In this document: in pieces, positions 51,431-62,655 of the stretch
How the letters are laid out: every line of letters begins with the position of its first letter
Position numbering within the stretch: the stretch's first letter is position 1
Source: Actinomycetes bacterium
GTDB taxonomy: Bacteria > Actinomycetota > Acidimicrobiia > Acidimicrobiales > Acidimicrobilacustridaceae
Assembly (NCBI GenBank): GCA_031415655.1
Contig: JANOSD010000170.1
Coordinates: 49,946-113,945, forward strand
Length of the DNA: 64,000 nucleotides
Direction: 5' to 3'
Translations under genes and position numbers: made by a program
Notes under the pieces: generated by a model
Told to the model about the DNA's origin: nothing
The model's input: only the letters and a program-made list of their open reading frames with translations
Database searches by the model: none

Positions 51431-51988
51431 TCAGCATGTGGTATTCAGGATCACACTCACAGGCACGTCCGGGCCGCTTGGGCAGTCGCCTCCGAGCGCC
51501 CGCATCGTGAGCCAGAACGCCGCCCCCGGCAACACGATCAACGCGACGAGGAAAATCAGGAGTACCCGACCCCAAGGAATCTTCTCCTTCTCGACCCCGA
51601 CATCGCTCGCGGCATCCCTGCCATCACCACCCGAGGCATTGGCGCCTGACCAGTCGGCGGACTTGCCTCCGGGGCTGACGTTGCCGTGTGGCTCGGCCAG
51701 AATGACGGTCGCCCGATCGAGGTCCGAACGCAGCACCATCACCTGCCAGGCGCCCGACCCGGTCGGCCCACTATTTCCTGTGGTGCCCTCATCGGCGGGG
51801 TCATCGGTGGGGTCATCGGCGGCGACTTGCACTTCCGCTCCGATGCCGGCTTCGAGGAGGTGCACCGCAGCAAGTTTGGCGTCTGTTTCCTGAGGATGAC
51901 GCGCCGCCTCCACCATCGTCGCCGACTCGTCAGGACCGGGGACAGCCATCTTTCCGGTGGCGAAGTATCCCTTACGTTCATCAGCCAT
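51431..51988 (-). CDS. Hypothetical protein with C-terminal TM segment
   Basis: 185-aa ORF overlapping by 8 nt with the upstream S9 peptidase gene, so co-transcribed. Acidic/Gly-rich middle, then hydrophobic VLLIFLVALIVLPGAAFWL. Confidence 0.45.
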   Translation of the reverse strand: MADERKGYFATGKMAVPGPDESATMVEAARHPQETDAKLAAVHLLEAGIGAEVQVAADDPTDDPADEGTTGNSGPTGSGAWQVMVLRSDLDRATVILAEPHGNVSPGGKSADWSGANASGGDGRDAASDVGVEKEKIPWGRVLLIFLVALIVLPGAAFWLTMRALGGDCPSGPDVPVSVILNTTC

Positions 51989-54107
51989 TCGGTTGCCTCT
52001 CTAGATGACGGATGGGCACCGGTTCCACGTCCGCCGGGGGCGCGAATCCGAAGACCGTCGCGAAAAAGTAGTGCTCCGCCTCGAGTACGCGCTTGATGTT
52101 GGCCGCCTGACGGAATCCGTGCTGCTCGCCAGCGAATGCCAGGTAGGCGTGGGTCACCCCATTCCGGTCGAGGGCTTCGACGATTGCCTCCGCCTGAGCG
52201 GGCGGCACCACCGCATCTTCGAGTCCCTGGAACACGATGACGGGGTTGCGAAGCCGCGCCAAGTGATGCACCGGCGACCGCTCGACATAGGTGGCCCGAT
52301 CAGCCGGGTACGGACCCACGAGACGGTCAAGGTAACGCGACCCGAACTTGTGGGTATCGGCGGCCAACGATTCGAGATCGGCCACGCCATACAGGCTCGA
52401 CCCCGCTCGGAAGGCGTCGTGGAACGTGAGCGCACAGAGCGTGGTGAAACCGCCGGCGCTCCCGCCTTTGATCGCCATGCGATCCGGATCGACCAAACCT
52501 TGTTCGGCGAGGTAACGGGCGGCGGCGACACAGTCCTCAACATCGACAATCCCCCACTGACCATCGAGGGCATGACGATAACGACGGCCGTATCCTGTAC
52601 TTCCGCGGTAGTTGACATCGACAACCGCAAAACCCCTCGTGGTCCAGAACTGGACGGCGAGCGAGAGCATGGGCCGAGCCGCGGCGGTGGGGCCACCGTG
52701 GGAAAGCACGAGGAGCGGCGGCCGCTCCGTAGTGGGGCCGGGCGCGTAGGGGCCCGACGGCGGGTAGTACAACGCGTAGGCGACCGGAGTTTCGTCACCC
52801 GAGGGGTTCGATCTCGCGTCTCCAGCCGTGGGACGTGCCCCCGTGGGACGTGCCCCCGTGGGAAAGGCAATGTGATCGGGCACGGAAATGGTCGGACCAT
52901 CGACTTTCAACGGACGTGATGGCCGGAGCACCCGGGCGGGGCCGTCCCAGGGAAGGGCGAGCACCACCTGCTCGCTCGCAAACCCCGCCGCCAGACACAC
53001 GATGCCGCCGACGCCGTCGGAAACCACGCCGTCGATCGATGTGATACCTGCCGGCAGATCGAGGTTCGGGGCAGCGGGGCCGGCGAGATGGTCCACGCCA
53101 TCATGACGTTCCACGACGGCGACGAGACGACCGTCCGCCACCGCATACGACGACTGGCCGAACACCCATTGGGGCGCCGCGCATTCGAACGATCCGTCCC
53201 ATACCAGCTCGGCCGGATCAGGATGTACGCCGGTGAACGGCGCAAATCGCCACACGTTCCACCAGCCCGATTGCTGGTCGCTCACAAACCAGAGGAAACC
53301 ATCGGCATCCCATTGCGGTTGTGTGAGCGAGATGTCTGCTCCTCCGGCGCACGCTCGCGCCTCGGATACCAACGGCCGCTCGTCGGCGGTGGCATCGTCG
53401 AACGACGCGACCCACAACTGTGTGGCATCCCATGGCATATCGGGAAGCGCCCATTGCACCCACGAGATCCGACAACCGTCGGGCGCGAACCTCGGGTGGG
53501 ATACGAAGTCGGCACCGGACACCAAGACGGTGGGTGCAGCCGACCCGTCGAGCGGAAACGCCACTATCTCGTTGTCCGGGACCTCCGCTTGCCGGTGCGA
53601 TTCGCGTACAGCCAAAACCCAGCGGTTGTCGCCAGCCCCCGAATTGTTGCCAGCCCCCGCTTTGTCGGGCCCCACCGAAAGGTCGGCGAACCGATAGGAA
53701 ATTTCGGGGTCAAGTGGGGTGATTTCTCGTGGCACGGAACGGTTGACGTGGCGTGGGCGATCAATGCGATACACCCGCTGGTCGGCATCATTCACGAACA
53801 GCGCCACCTCCCCAAAGACCCAAAACGACTGACCCCCGTACTCGTGCACCCTCGTGCGAGCAGAGCACCCGTCGGGCAGCAGTTCGACCAACCCTTCGCC
53901 GGATTCGCTCTCTCCCGCCAGCGGTCGGCCCACCACTTGCACCCGCCCACGCTCCTCGGGCCGCAGCTCTGACCACCACACCCAGCCGTCGCTTACCACC
54001 GGGGTGCCGAGCGACACCGATGCCCGGACAACGTCGTCGGCGCCTATCGCTGATGGCCAGGCGCCAAAGGGGGGTGTCGGTTCGTCGGTAAAAGACATCG
54101 TCGGCAC
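51981..54107 (-). CDS. S9-family serine peptidase (prolyl oligopeptidase / acylaminoacyl-peptidase-like) with N-terminal beta-propeller
   Basis: Catalytic Ser elbow GGSAGG. Alpha/beta-hydrolase C-terminus with Asp and His (EQHGF). Long N-terminal propeller region. Contains an in-frame 15-bp repeat (TGARPTGARPT). Confidence 0.75.
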   Translation of the reverse strand: MPTMSFTDEPTPPFGAWPSAIGADDVVRASVSLGTPVVSDGWVWWSELRPEERGRVQVVGRPLAGESESGEGLVELLPDGCSARTRVHEYGGQSFWVFGEVALFVNDADQRVYRIDRPRHVNRSVPREITPLDPEISYRFADLSVGPDKAGAGNNSGAGDNRWVLAVRESHRQAEVPDNEIVAFPLDGSAAPTVLVSGADFVSHPRFAPDGCRISWVQWALPDMPWDATQLWVASFDDATADERPLVSEARACAGGADISLTQPQWDADGFLWFVSDQQSGWWNVWRFAPFTGVHPDPAELVWDGSFECAAPQWVFGQSSYAVADGRLVAVVERHDGVDHLAGPAAPNLDLPAGITSIDGVVSDGVGGIVCLAAGFASEQVVLALPWDGPARVLRPSRPLKVDGPTISVPDHIAFPTGARPTGARPTAGDARSNPSGDETPVAYALYYPPSGPYAPGPTTERPPLLVLSHGGPTAAARPMLSLAVQFWTTRGFAVVDVNYRGSTGYGRRYRHALDGQWGIVDVEDCVAAARYLAEQGLVDPDRMAIKGGSAGGFTTLCALTFHDAFRAGSSLYGVADLESLAADTHKFGSRYLDRLVGPYPADRATYVERSPVHHLARLRNPVIVFQGLEDAVVPPAQAEAIVEALDRNGVTHAYLAFAGEQHGFRQAANIKRVLEAEHYFFATVFGFAPPADVEPVPIRHLERQPNG

Positions 54108-54121
54108 GCTACCTCTAGGAC

Positions 54122-55513
54122 GTGTACCGGGTTGGTAGAGTTCGTGCCCCGCCGGAGCGACTCTCCTCCCGGGTGCCCAGCTACGGGAAAGGTCCCATGG
54201 ACAACGCAGACGACGACGCCACCACCACCAGTCCTTCTACCCCGGCGTCAGAATCCGAGTCTCCCCCCGTCACGCCGACGGCGCCGTCTGAACCAACGGT
54301 GGCGTCCGCTCCCTCCAACGTGAGCCTCACATGGCGCGGTCTCATCGACGACAGCGATCCGGCCGAATCGTCGCGCCGACGCCCCATTGGCGCCGCTGGA
54401 AACGTGCTCACCAGCGCGCTCATCGCGCTCGGAATCATGCGAGGCCGGAACCCTGACGGCAGCCTCGCCCCCCGCCCGGTAAAACGAATGGTGCTGCTCT
54501 TCGGTGGGGCGGCAGTGGTATTCCTCGTGGCCACCGCCGGACACATCGTGGCCGCCGGAACCGTGTCGGTGCCGGTCACGCTCGGAAAGGCGGGTGAAGC
54601 GTTCGAGCCCGGCCTGCACTTCACGCTGCCGTGGCCGCTCGCCACCACCCGCGACGTGTCCACACAGAGCCAGGCGTACACGATGTCGGCCACGGTTGGT
54701 GAAGGCCAGCAGGCAAACGTCGACGATTCGGTGTCCGTGCTTGGCTCCGATGGGGCCGCGGCAAACATCGATGCCACCGTGCTCTACAAGATCCGCCCCA
54801 GCCAGGCCAAGGAACTGCTCGAGCAGATCGGCCTCGACTACCAGAGCAAAATCGTCCGCCCCTCGGCGCGCACGTGTATCCGCCAAGAGTTCACCAAGTA
54901 CCCAATTGTGTCGGCGGCCACGAGCAAGTGGAACGACCTCCAGACCGAGATCACGAAGTGCATGAAAGAACGTGTCGAGTCTTCGGGTCTCATCGTGCAG
55001 GACTTCCAACTCCGAGAGGTGACGCTGAGCAAGGAGGTGCAGTCGGCTATCGACGGCAAGGTTGCGTCCCAGCAGGATTCCGAACGCCAGAAGTTCGAGT
55101 TGGCCGTCGCCACCCAACGGGCCGACATCGTGCGGGTGAATGCCCAAGCAACCGCCGACGCCAACCAGATCCTGGCGTGTGGCGGTGGCATCGTGGAGGT
55201 CGAGTTGTTCGGGGAGAAACGAAAGGTCATCCAACCGAACCCGATCGATCGGTGCTCCCAAGCGCAGCTCACCCCCGCGTTCTTGCAGTTCACGTACATC
55301 CAGGCATTGAAGGAGCTCGTGAACTCCAAGAACACCACCACCTTGGTGATCCCCGCCGGAACCGACCTCAACACGTTTGTGGGTCTCAACGGCGCGGCAA
55401 CCGGCGCCGCCGCCGCTGGCACCCCCACGGTGGTCACACCGCCTGCGGCCACGCCACCCGCCCCGGTGGCTCCCCCCACCACGGCTGCTCCGGGCACCGG
55501 AGCGGGCCAGTGA
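54122..55513 (+). CDS. SPFH/band-7 (prohibitin-like) domain protein with Pro-rich termini
   Basis: Central SPFH domain pattern. N-terminal TM. Pro/Thr/Ala-rich tail. Start possibly at internal Met 54197. Confidence 0.6.
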   Translation: MYRVGRVRAPPERLSSRVPSYGKGPMDNADDDATTTSPSTPASESESPPVTPTAPSEPTVASAPSNVSLTWRGLIDDSDPAESSRRRPIGAAGNVLTSALIALGIMRGRNPDGSLAPRPVKRMVLLFGGAAVVFLVATAGHIVAAGTVSVPVTLGKAGEAFEPGLHFTLPWPLATTRDVSTQSQAYTMSATVGEGQQANVDDSVSVLGSDGAAANIDATVLYKIRPSQAKELLEQIGLDYQSKIVRPSARTCIRQEFTKYPIVSAATSKWNDLQTEITKCMKERVESSGLIVQDFQLREVTLSKEVQSAIDGKVASQQDSERQKFELAVATQRADIVRVNAQATADANQILACGGGIVEVELFGEKRKVIQPNPIDRCSQAQLTPAFLQFTYIQALKELVNSKNTTTLVIPAGTDLNTFVGLNGAATGAAAAGTPTVVTPPAATPPAPVAPPTTAAPGTGAGQ

Positions 55514-56487
55514 CCCGCCTCGGCTACCAGATCCCCAACTTCACCTACCCTGAGGTCGCGTCCGCCGACGTATTCCCCCTCGTGGTGGCGCAAGCCAAGG
55601 AGGCCGACACCTCCGGGTTCGACACCGTGATGTTGATGGACCACTTCTTTCAACTTCCGATGCTCGGTCCGCCCCACCTCGACATGCTCGAGTGCTACAC
55701 AACGTTGGCGGCGCTGGCGCAACACACCTCCACCGCCCGACTCGGCGCCCTGGTCACCGGCAACACCTATCGCAACCCTGCCGTGCTCGCCAAGACCGTC
55801 ACGGCACTCGACATCGTGTCTGGCGGTCGGGCCCAGCTCGGGATCGGCGCCGGCTGGTTCGAACTCGAGCATGACGCATTTGGCATTGCATTCGGCACGT
55901 TCACCGACCGATTCGAAAAGCTTGAGGAAGCGCTGCAGATCATCCTGCCGATGTTTCGCGACGAACGGCCCACGTTGCATGGAAAGCACTACCGGGCCGC
56001 CGAAGCAATTAATCGTCCGATGCCGATCAGCACTATTCCGGTGATGATCGGGGGCAGCGGCGAGAAGAAGACCCTCCGCATGGTGGCCCAGTACGCCACC
56101 GATGCCAACCTCACCGTCGATCTGGGTGAGGTCCCGCGCAAACTTGATGCCCTCGACGCGCATTGCGAACGACTCGGCCGCGATCGCTCCGAAATCACGG
56201 TGTCCCTTCAGCGGCTGTGTTGTATCGCCCCCACCACCGACCAGGCCCTCGCCGAACTCAAAACGTTCGGCCGCACCCTGGGCTTCGACTACGACACCAT
56301 GGACGACGACGGGCGAGCGTTCATGCTCGGCCTGTTCACCTGGGGCGACGCGGATACGGTCGGTGCGCAACTCACCGATGCCCTCAGCTCTGGCGTCGAC
56401 GGGTTCACGTGCTCGCTGCCCGCCAACGGCCACATACCCGAACGAGTTGCGCTGCTCGGCGAGGTCGCCGGACGTGTGGTCGGCTGA
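55510..56487 (+). CDS. LLM-class (luciferase-like) flavin/F420-dependent oxidoreductase
   Basis: Family N-terminus LGYQIPNFTYPEV...; GTG start overlapping the upstream stop (GTGA). Confidence 0.65.
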   Translation: MTRLGYQIPNFTYPEVASADVFPLVVAQAKEADTSGFDTVMLMDHFFQLPMLGPPHLDMLECYTTLAALAQHTSTARLGALVTGNTYRNPAVLAKTVTALDIVSGGRAQLGIGAGWFELEHDAFGIAFGTFTDRFEKLEEALQIILPMFRDERPTLHGKHYRAAEAINRPMPISTIPVMIGGSGEKKTLRMVAQYATDANLTVDLGEVPRKLDALDAHCERLGRDRSEITVSLQRLCCIAPTTDQALAELKTFGRTLGFDYDTMDDDGRAFMLGLFTWGDADTVGAQLTDALSSGVDGFTCSLPANGHIPERVALLGEVAGRVVG

Positions 56488-56509
56488 GTCGCACAACGAC
56501 GAGATAGCG

Positions 56510-57103
56510 ATGCCGTCGACGCGGAACACGCCCATCCCGAAAACGATCCTGCTGCTTCGCGGCGTCAACGTGGGCGGCATCCGGCTCACCATGGCGGACT
56601 TCAAAGCCGCCCTCGAATCATTGGGCTGCACCGAGGTGGTCACCTTTATCGCCAGCGGGAACGCCGTCGCGCACACCCCGTCGTTGCGAAAACGAATCAC
56701 CGCCAGTGCATTCGCCACACACTGGGAAACCGAGATCACCGGGGCGCTGGCTGCCCGCTGCGGAATCACGGTGGCGGTGGTGGTGCGATCCTCGGCGGAG
56801 ATGAGCAATACCCTCGCTGCCGCGCCTTGGCCCGCCGATGACCATCCACCGAAGCTGCTCCAACTCGGTTTTGTTCAGGGGACGCTCAACCCGGAAGCCG
56901 AAGCCCGGCTCGGGTCCAACGACGTGAGCCCGGACAGCTACTGGGTCACACCCCGCACCATCTATCAGCGCTATGAAACGGGGATCGCACGATCAACGCT
57001 CGGGCCACTGCTTACGGAGCGCGTGTTGGGCACACCGATCACGTCAAGGAACGTGATGACCGTGCGCAAACTCATCGAACTCGCCAACGGACAGGGTTCC
57101 TAG
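56510..57103 (+). CDS. DUF1697-family protein
   Basis: KTILLLRGVNVGG motif characteristic of DUF1697. Confidence 0.5.
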   Translation: MPSTRNTPIPKTILLLRGVNVGGIRLTMADFKAALESLGCTEVVTFIASGNAVAHTPSLRKRITASAFATHWETEITGALAARCGITVAVVVRSSAEMSNTLAAAPWPADDHPPKLLQLGFVQGTLNPEAEARLGSNDVSPDSYWVTPRTIYQRYETGIARSTLGPLLTERVLGTPITSRNVMTVRKLIELANGQGS

Positions 57104-57122
57104 GAGCGCGCCTCGGATCTGA

Positions 57123-58301
<1,179 letters not shown>

Positions 58302-58311
58302 CGCCCAATCG

Positions 58312-59976
58312 TCAGTCGCTGGCGCTGCTTACCAGCTCGTCGCTCACGACCTTCCCCGCGTCGAGCCGCAACATGCGGTGGAGGGGCACCCGCGAGAGCA
58401 TGGTTCGGTCGTGGGTCACGAGAAGCAACGCGCCGCGAAACGACGTGAGGGCCAGTTCGAGCTGTTCGAGGGCCGGAAGATCGAGATGGTTGCTGGGCTC
58501 ATCGAGCACGAGGCAATTCACGCCCACCGCCATCAGGAGCGCCAGCTCGGCACGCGTTCGCTCGCCAGGGCTCAACTCGGCCGGAGGCCGTTCGATGTCG
58601 TCGCCACCCAAACCGAACTTGGCGAGGAGTGACTGGGCCTCGCTTCGCTCCAACCCGGTTTCGTCGATGAACGCGCGACGCAGGGTGGGCGCGGCGATGA
58701 ACCGATCGCGCCGCTGACCAATCACGCCGACGCGCACTCCGGGGCCCATCCGACGCACACCGCCGGTGGGCTCCACATCTCCGAGTAACACGCTGAGCAG
58801 GGTGGACTTTCCGGCGCCGTTCGATCCGGTGATGGCCACGCGGTCGCCGGATGCCACCACGAGGTCGATCGGCCCGAGCACGAACCCACCCCGATCCACC
58901 GTGACGTCGACCAGCTCAAGGGCGCGGGCACCAGCCGGTGGCGCGCTGGCCACGTCGAGATGGAGTTGCCACGCCTCGCGAGGCGACTCCACCACCGTGA
59001 GGCGCGCCATGGCCTGCTCGGTGCGTTTGGCCTTCCCGGCGAGTTGTTCGCTCGACTGGGAGCGGAAGTGTTTGACGTGTTTGTCGTTCTCCCCCGAACG
59101 TTTGACCTTCTTCACCCCCACCGTGGACCACTCTCGTTCACGTTGGCCACGATCCGTGAGGTTCTGCCGCTTCCCTTCGTACTCCCGATAGGCCTCCTCG
59201 GCGTGGCGCCGAGCAGTCGACCGTTCCTCCTGGAAGGCCACCCACCCACCCCCGTAGTGCGTGCCCGTCCGACTGAACTCGTCGAGTTCAACCACATCGG
59301 TGACTACCCGCTCGAGAAAGGCCCGATCGTGCGACACCAAAACGACGCCGGACGACACTCGTTCCACCCAGGATTCGAGCACGGCCAGTCCGGCAAAGTC
59401 GAGGTCGTTGGTGGGTTCGTCGAGCAGAAGCACATCAAAACGGGACAGCAGCAGGGCAGCGAGATCCACTCGTGCTCCCTGGCCGCCGGATAGTTGTCTG
59501 ACGCATTGGTCAAGAAGGTCGGAAGCCAGACCGATCTCGGCAAACACCGTCTCGGCCCGAGCAACCAGGTCGGCGCCCCCAAGGGCCAGGAAACGATCGA
59601 GGGCGTCGGCGTAGCGCTGGTCGTCGGCCGGAGTGGCGTCGGGCGCGGCCAGACCACTCGCTGCTGCGTTCAGTTCTTTGTCGGCGGCGGCCACGCCCGT
59701 GCGTCGCTCCAACAGCTCCCGCACGGTCTCTGGTCCCATGGGCCGCTCCTGGTCGAGCAACCCCACGGTTGCGGTGCGGGGCCTGCACTCGATGGACCCT
59801 TCGTCGGGTTGATCGTGGCCGGCGAGGAGCCGGAGCAGAGTGCTCTTCCCCACCCCGTTCGGTCCGACGATGCCGATGCGCTGCCCCGGCGAGACGCGCA
59901 GGTCGATGCCGTGGAGAACGGTGTACGCCCCGAACGAACGACCGACGCCTCGCGCCGCAAGGGTGGCTCCGGCCAT
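58312..59976 (-). CDS. ABC-F family ATPase (two NBDs, no TMD)
   Basis: Two Walker A motifs (GPNGVGKSTLL, GSNGAGKSTLL), two ABC signatures (LSGGQ, LSPGE) and an inter-domain linker. Confidence 0.8.
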   Translation of the reverse strand: MAGATLAARGVGRSFGAYTVLHGIDLRVSPGQRIGIVGPNGVGKSTLLRLLAGHDQPDEGSIECRPRTATVGLLDQERPMGPETVRELLERRTGVAAADKELNAAASGLAAPDATPADDQRYADALDRFLALGGADLVARAETVFAEIGLASDLLDQCVRQLSGGQGARVDLAALLLSRFDVLLLDEPTNDLDFAGLAVLESWVERVSSGVVLVSHDRAFLERVVTDVVELDEFSRTGTHYGGGWVAFQEERSTARRHAEEAYREYEGKRQNLTDRGQREREWSTVGVKKVKRSGENDKHVKHFRSQSSEQLAGKAKRTEQAMARLTVVESPREAWQLHLDVASAPPAGARALELVDVTVDRGGFVLGPIDLVVASGDRVAITGSNGAGKSTLLSVLLGDVEPTGGVRRMGPGVRVGVIGQRRDRFIAAPTLRRAFIDETGLERSEAQSLLAKFGLGGDDIERPPAELSPGERTRAELALLMAVGVNCLVLDEPSNHLDLPALEQLELALTSFRGALLLVTHDRTMLSRVPLHRMLRLDAGKVVSDELVSSASD

Positions 59977-59991
59977 CGTGATGGTCCGCGC

Positions 59992-61146
59992 TCAGGCGGT
60001 GAGGCGGGCCATGAGTTCGTGGCCAGGCACGGCGTCGAGGTGCGAGACCCCCGCCTCGGTGTAGGCGTGCGGTTCCGGTTCGATCCCATCGCCGACCAAC
60101 AGGTAGGGAACTGGATCCGGAGTGTGGGTCTTGAGCCGGAGGGGCGTGGCGTGATCGGGAAGCAACAACATCCGCCACGGCCCGATGGCGTCGAGCCCGG
60201 GCACGAGGTCGGCGAGAATTTCGGCGTCCCAACGTTCGAGCGACCGGACCTTCTCTTTCACATCCCCGGCGTGGCCGGCTTCGTCGGTGGCCTCAACATG
60301 AATGATGAAAAGGTCGGCCCCGGCGCCGAGCGACGCAAGAGCAGCGTCGCGTTGGGCGGCGTAGTCGGTGTCGTAGCCGGCGCTCATGCCTGCTACTTCC
60401 ACCGGCTCGATACCGGTGAGCACTCCGAGCCCGCGCACGAGATCCACGGCCGAGCACAACGCAGCATTGAGCCCATAGTGTTCGGCGAAGCTGGGCATCT
60501 GCGGTTGGAAACCTTGCCCCCACAACCAGATCTGATTGGCGTCGAGATCGAACCGGGCCAGAACCTCTTTCGACGCCTCCATGAGCCCAACCAACAACGG
60601 CGCCGCCGGCCCGCTGGGAAACACCGCCGACTTGTCGGTGAGATCGTGGGGCGGCACACACTCGGCATCGAGCCAATGCGCTGGTGCCACCATGATGTGG
60701 CGGTACTCAACCCCCGGATGGAACGACACGCCATCGCCGCCGAGCGTGGCGTCAAGCGCCCGAATCACTTCCGTGGCCAACTCGGTCGAGGGGTGCCCGC
60801 CGGCGAAGTCGACCATCGTGCCATCGGCGCCGACGGTGACCAGGTTGCAGCGGTAGGCCAACTCATCGGCGGCCAACTTGAGCCCGAGGGCCGCGGCTTC
60901 GATCGGGGCACGACCGGTGTGGAACTCCGCCGGGTCGTACCCGAAGATCGACATGTTCCCGACGTCGCTGCCGGGCGGCATCCCCAGGGGAATGACGGCG
61001 GCCCGCCCCACCTGACCGCGAGCGGCCAACGCATCGAGCACCGGCATGTGCGCCGCTTCGAGCGGGGTGCGACCACCGAGCTCATCGACCGGCTCATCGG
61101 CGCAACCGTCGGGAACACACACCACGTACTTCAAGCCAGAGGTCAT
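59992..61146 (-). CDS. Cofactor-independent phosphoglycerate-mutase-family protein (ApgM-like). The 'proposed homoserine kinase' subtype found next to thrC.
   Basis: N-terminus MTSGLKYVVCVPDGCADEP... and metal-binding Asp/His/Ser pattern of the alkaline-phosphatase-like ApgM family. Immediately downstream of thrC and hom. Confidence 0.65.
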   Translation of the reverse strand: MTSGLKYVVCVPDGCADEPVDELGGRTPLEAAHMPVLDALAARGQVGRAAVIPLGMPPGSDVGNMSIFGYDPAEFHTGRAPIEAAALGLKLAADELAYRCNLVTVGADGTMVDFAGGHPSTELATEVIRALDATLGGDGVSFHPGVEYRHIMVAPAHWLDAECVPPHDLTDKSAVFPSGPAAPLLVGLMEASKEVLARFDLDANQIWLWGQGFQPQMPSFAEHYGLNAALCSAVDLVRGLGVLTGIEPVEVAGMSAGYDTDYAAQRDAALASLGAGADLFIIHVEATDEAGHAGDVKEKVRSLERWDAEILADLVPGLDAIGPWRMLLLPDHATPLRLKTHTPDPVPYLLVGDGIEPEPHAYTEAGVSHLDAVPGHELMARLTA

Positions 61147-61248
61147 GCCGACATCATGCCAGCCCCACCTCCAAGTGCCACCGTGCAACCCATCTTTCGT
61201 TCCGGGGCGACGGTCATTCGGTCGGCTGGTCGGTCGGCTGATCGGTCG

Positions 61249-62643
61249 TCAGCGGCGATGTTCATCGATGTGGTCGCGGATCACGCCAAGGTCGTTCGGC
61301 AGCACCACAAAACGTTCTTCGCGGGTGAACAAGTCGTGCAGACGTTCCGGCAACTCCGGCCGTACCCCCGTCGCCTTCTCCACCGCATCAGGGAACTTGG
61401 CCGGATGGGCGGTAGCGAGGCTCACCAGCGGAACCGACGGGTCGCGTCGACACTGCTCCGCCGCAGCCAATCCAACCGCCGTATGGGGATCGACCAGCTC
61501 CCCGGTGCGCGCATACAGGTCGCGAATTTCAGCAAGGGTCTGATCGTCGTCGATGCGGGCGCCACTCCATTGCTCCTGGAGGAGAGCGAGGTGCTCGGCA
61601 TCGAGGGCCAGTTCTCCGTCGGCCCGGAACGCCAGCATCCGCTCGCTCACCGCGGTCCCGTCGCGCCCCGTGATCTCGAACAGCAAGCGTTCGAAGTTGC
61701 TCGACACCTGAATATCCATGCTTGGGCTGAGGCTGGGTTCCACGCCTTCGGTTCGCATCGTGCCCGTGGCGAGGAACCGAGTGAGGATGTCGTTTCGGTT
61801 CGATCCCACGATGTACTGACTGATCGGCACGCCCATCCGCTGCGCGCCGTAACCGGCAAACACGTTGCCGAAGTTTCCGGTGGGCACTGAGAACGCCACC
61901 GGTTGGCCGAGGCCACCACCGAGCTGGGCCGAGGCGACCGCGTAGTACACGATCTGGGCCATCACTCTCGCCCAGTTGATCGAGTTCACCGCCGAAAGCC
62001 GCACTCGATCGCGGAACGCCTCGTCGGCAAAGAGCAGTTTCACCAGATCCTGGCAGTCGTCGAAGGTGCCCTCCACCGCGATGTTGTGCACGTTGGGCGA
62101 CAGCACGGTGGTCATCTGGCGACGCTGCACCTCGCTCACCCGCCCCCGCGGATGGAGGATGAAAATCTCGACGGTGTCGCGATCTCGGCACGCTTCGATT
62201 GCCGCCGAGCCGGTATCGCCCGACGTGGCCCCGACAATCGTGACGGTGCTCGATCGATGCGTGAGCTCGTGGTCGAACAAACGGCCAACGAGCTGAAGGG
62301 CCACATCTTTGAACGCCAGCGTAGGTCCGTGGAACAGCTCGAGAAGGTGGGTGCCGCCACCAAGCGCTCGCAACGGGGTGACGTCGGGATGATCGAAGGT
62401 GGCGTAACTCTCTGCCACGATCGTGCGGAACGTGTCGTGGTCGATCGAACCTTCGACGAACGGCCACATGATCTCCGTCGCCACCTCGGCGTACGGCAGA
62501 TCGGCGAAACGCCGGAGGGCGTCGGCGGCGAGGGTCGGCCATGTTTCAGGCACGTACAACCCCCCGTCGCGACCCAATCCGGCCAGGAGCACATCGGCGA
62601 AATCAAGGTCGGGGGCGGCCCCCCGAGTGCTCACGTAACGCAT
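61249..62643 (-). CDS. thrC: Threonine synthase
   Basis: MRYVSTRG start. PLP lysine in LAFKDV. 464 aa. Confidence 0.9.
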   Translation of the reverse strand: MRYVSTRGAAPDLDFADVLLAGLGRDGGLYVPETWPTLAADALRRFADLPYAEVATEIMWPFVEGSIDHDTFRTIVAESYATFDHPDVTPLRALGGGTHLLELFHGPTLAFKDVALQLVGRLFDHELTHRSSTVTIVGATSGDTGSAAIEACRDRDTVEIFILHPRGRVSEVQRRQMTTVLSPNVHNIAVEGTFDDCQDLVKLLFADEAFRDRVRLSAVNSINWARVMAQIVYYAVASAQLGGGLGQPVAFSVPTGNFGNVFAGYGAQRMGVPISQYIVGSNRNDILTRFLATGTMRTEGVEPSLSPSMDIQVSSNFERLLFEITGRDGTAVSERMLAFRADGELALDAEHLALLQEQWSGARIDDDQTLAEIRDLYARTGELVDPHTAVGLAAAEQCRRDPSVPLVSLATAHPAKFPDAVEKATGVRPELPERLHDLFTREERFVVLPNDLGVIRDHIDEHRR

Positions 62644-62655
62644 CGGCTCAGGCTC

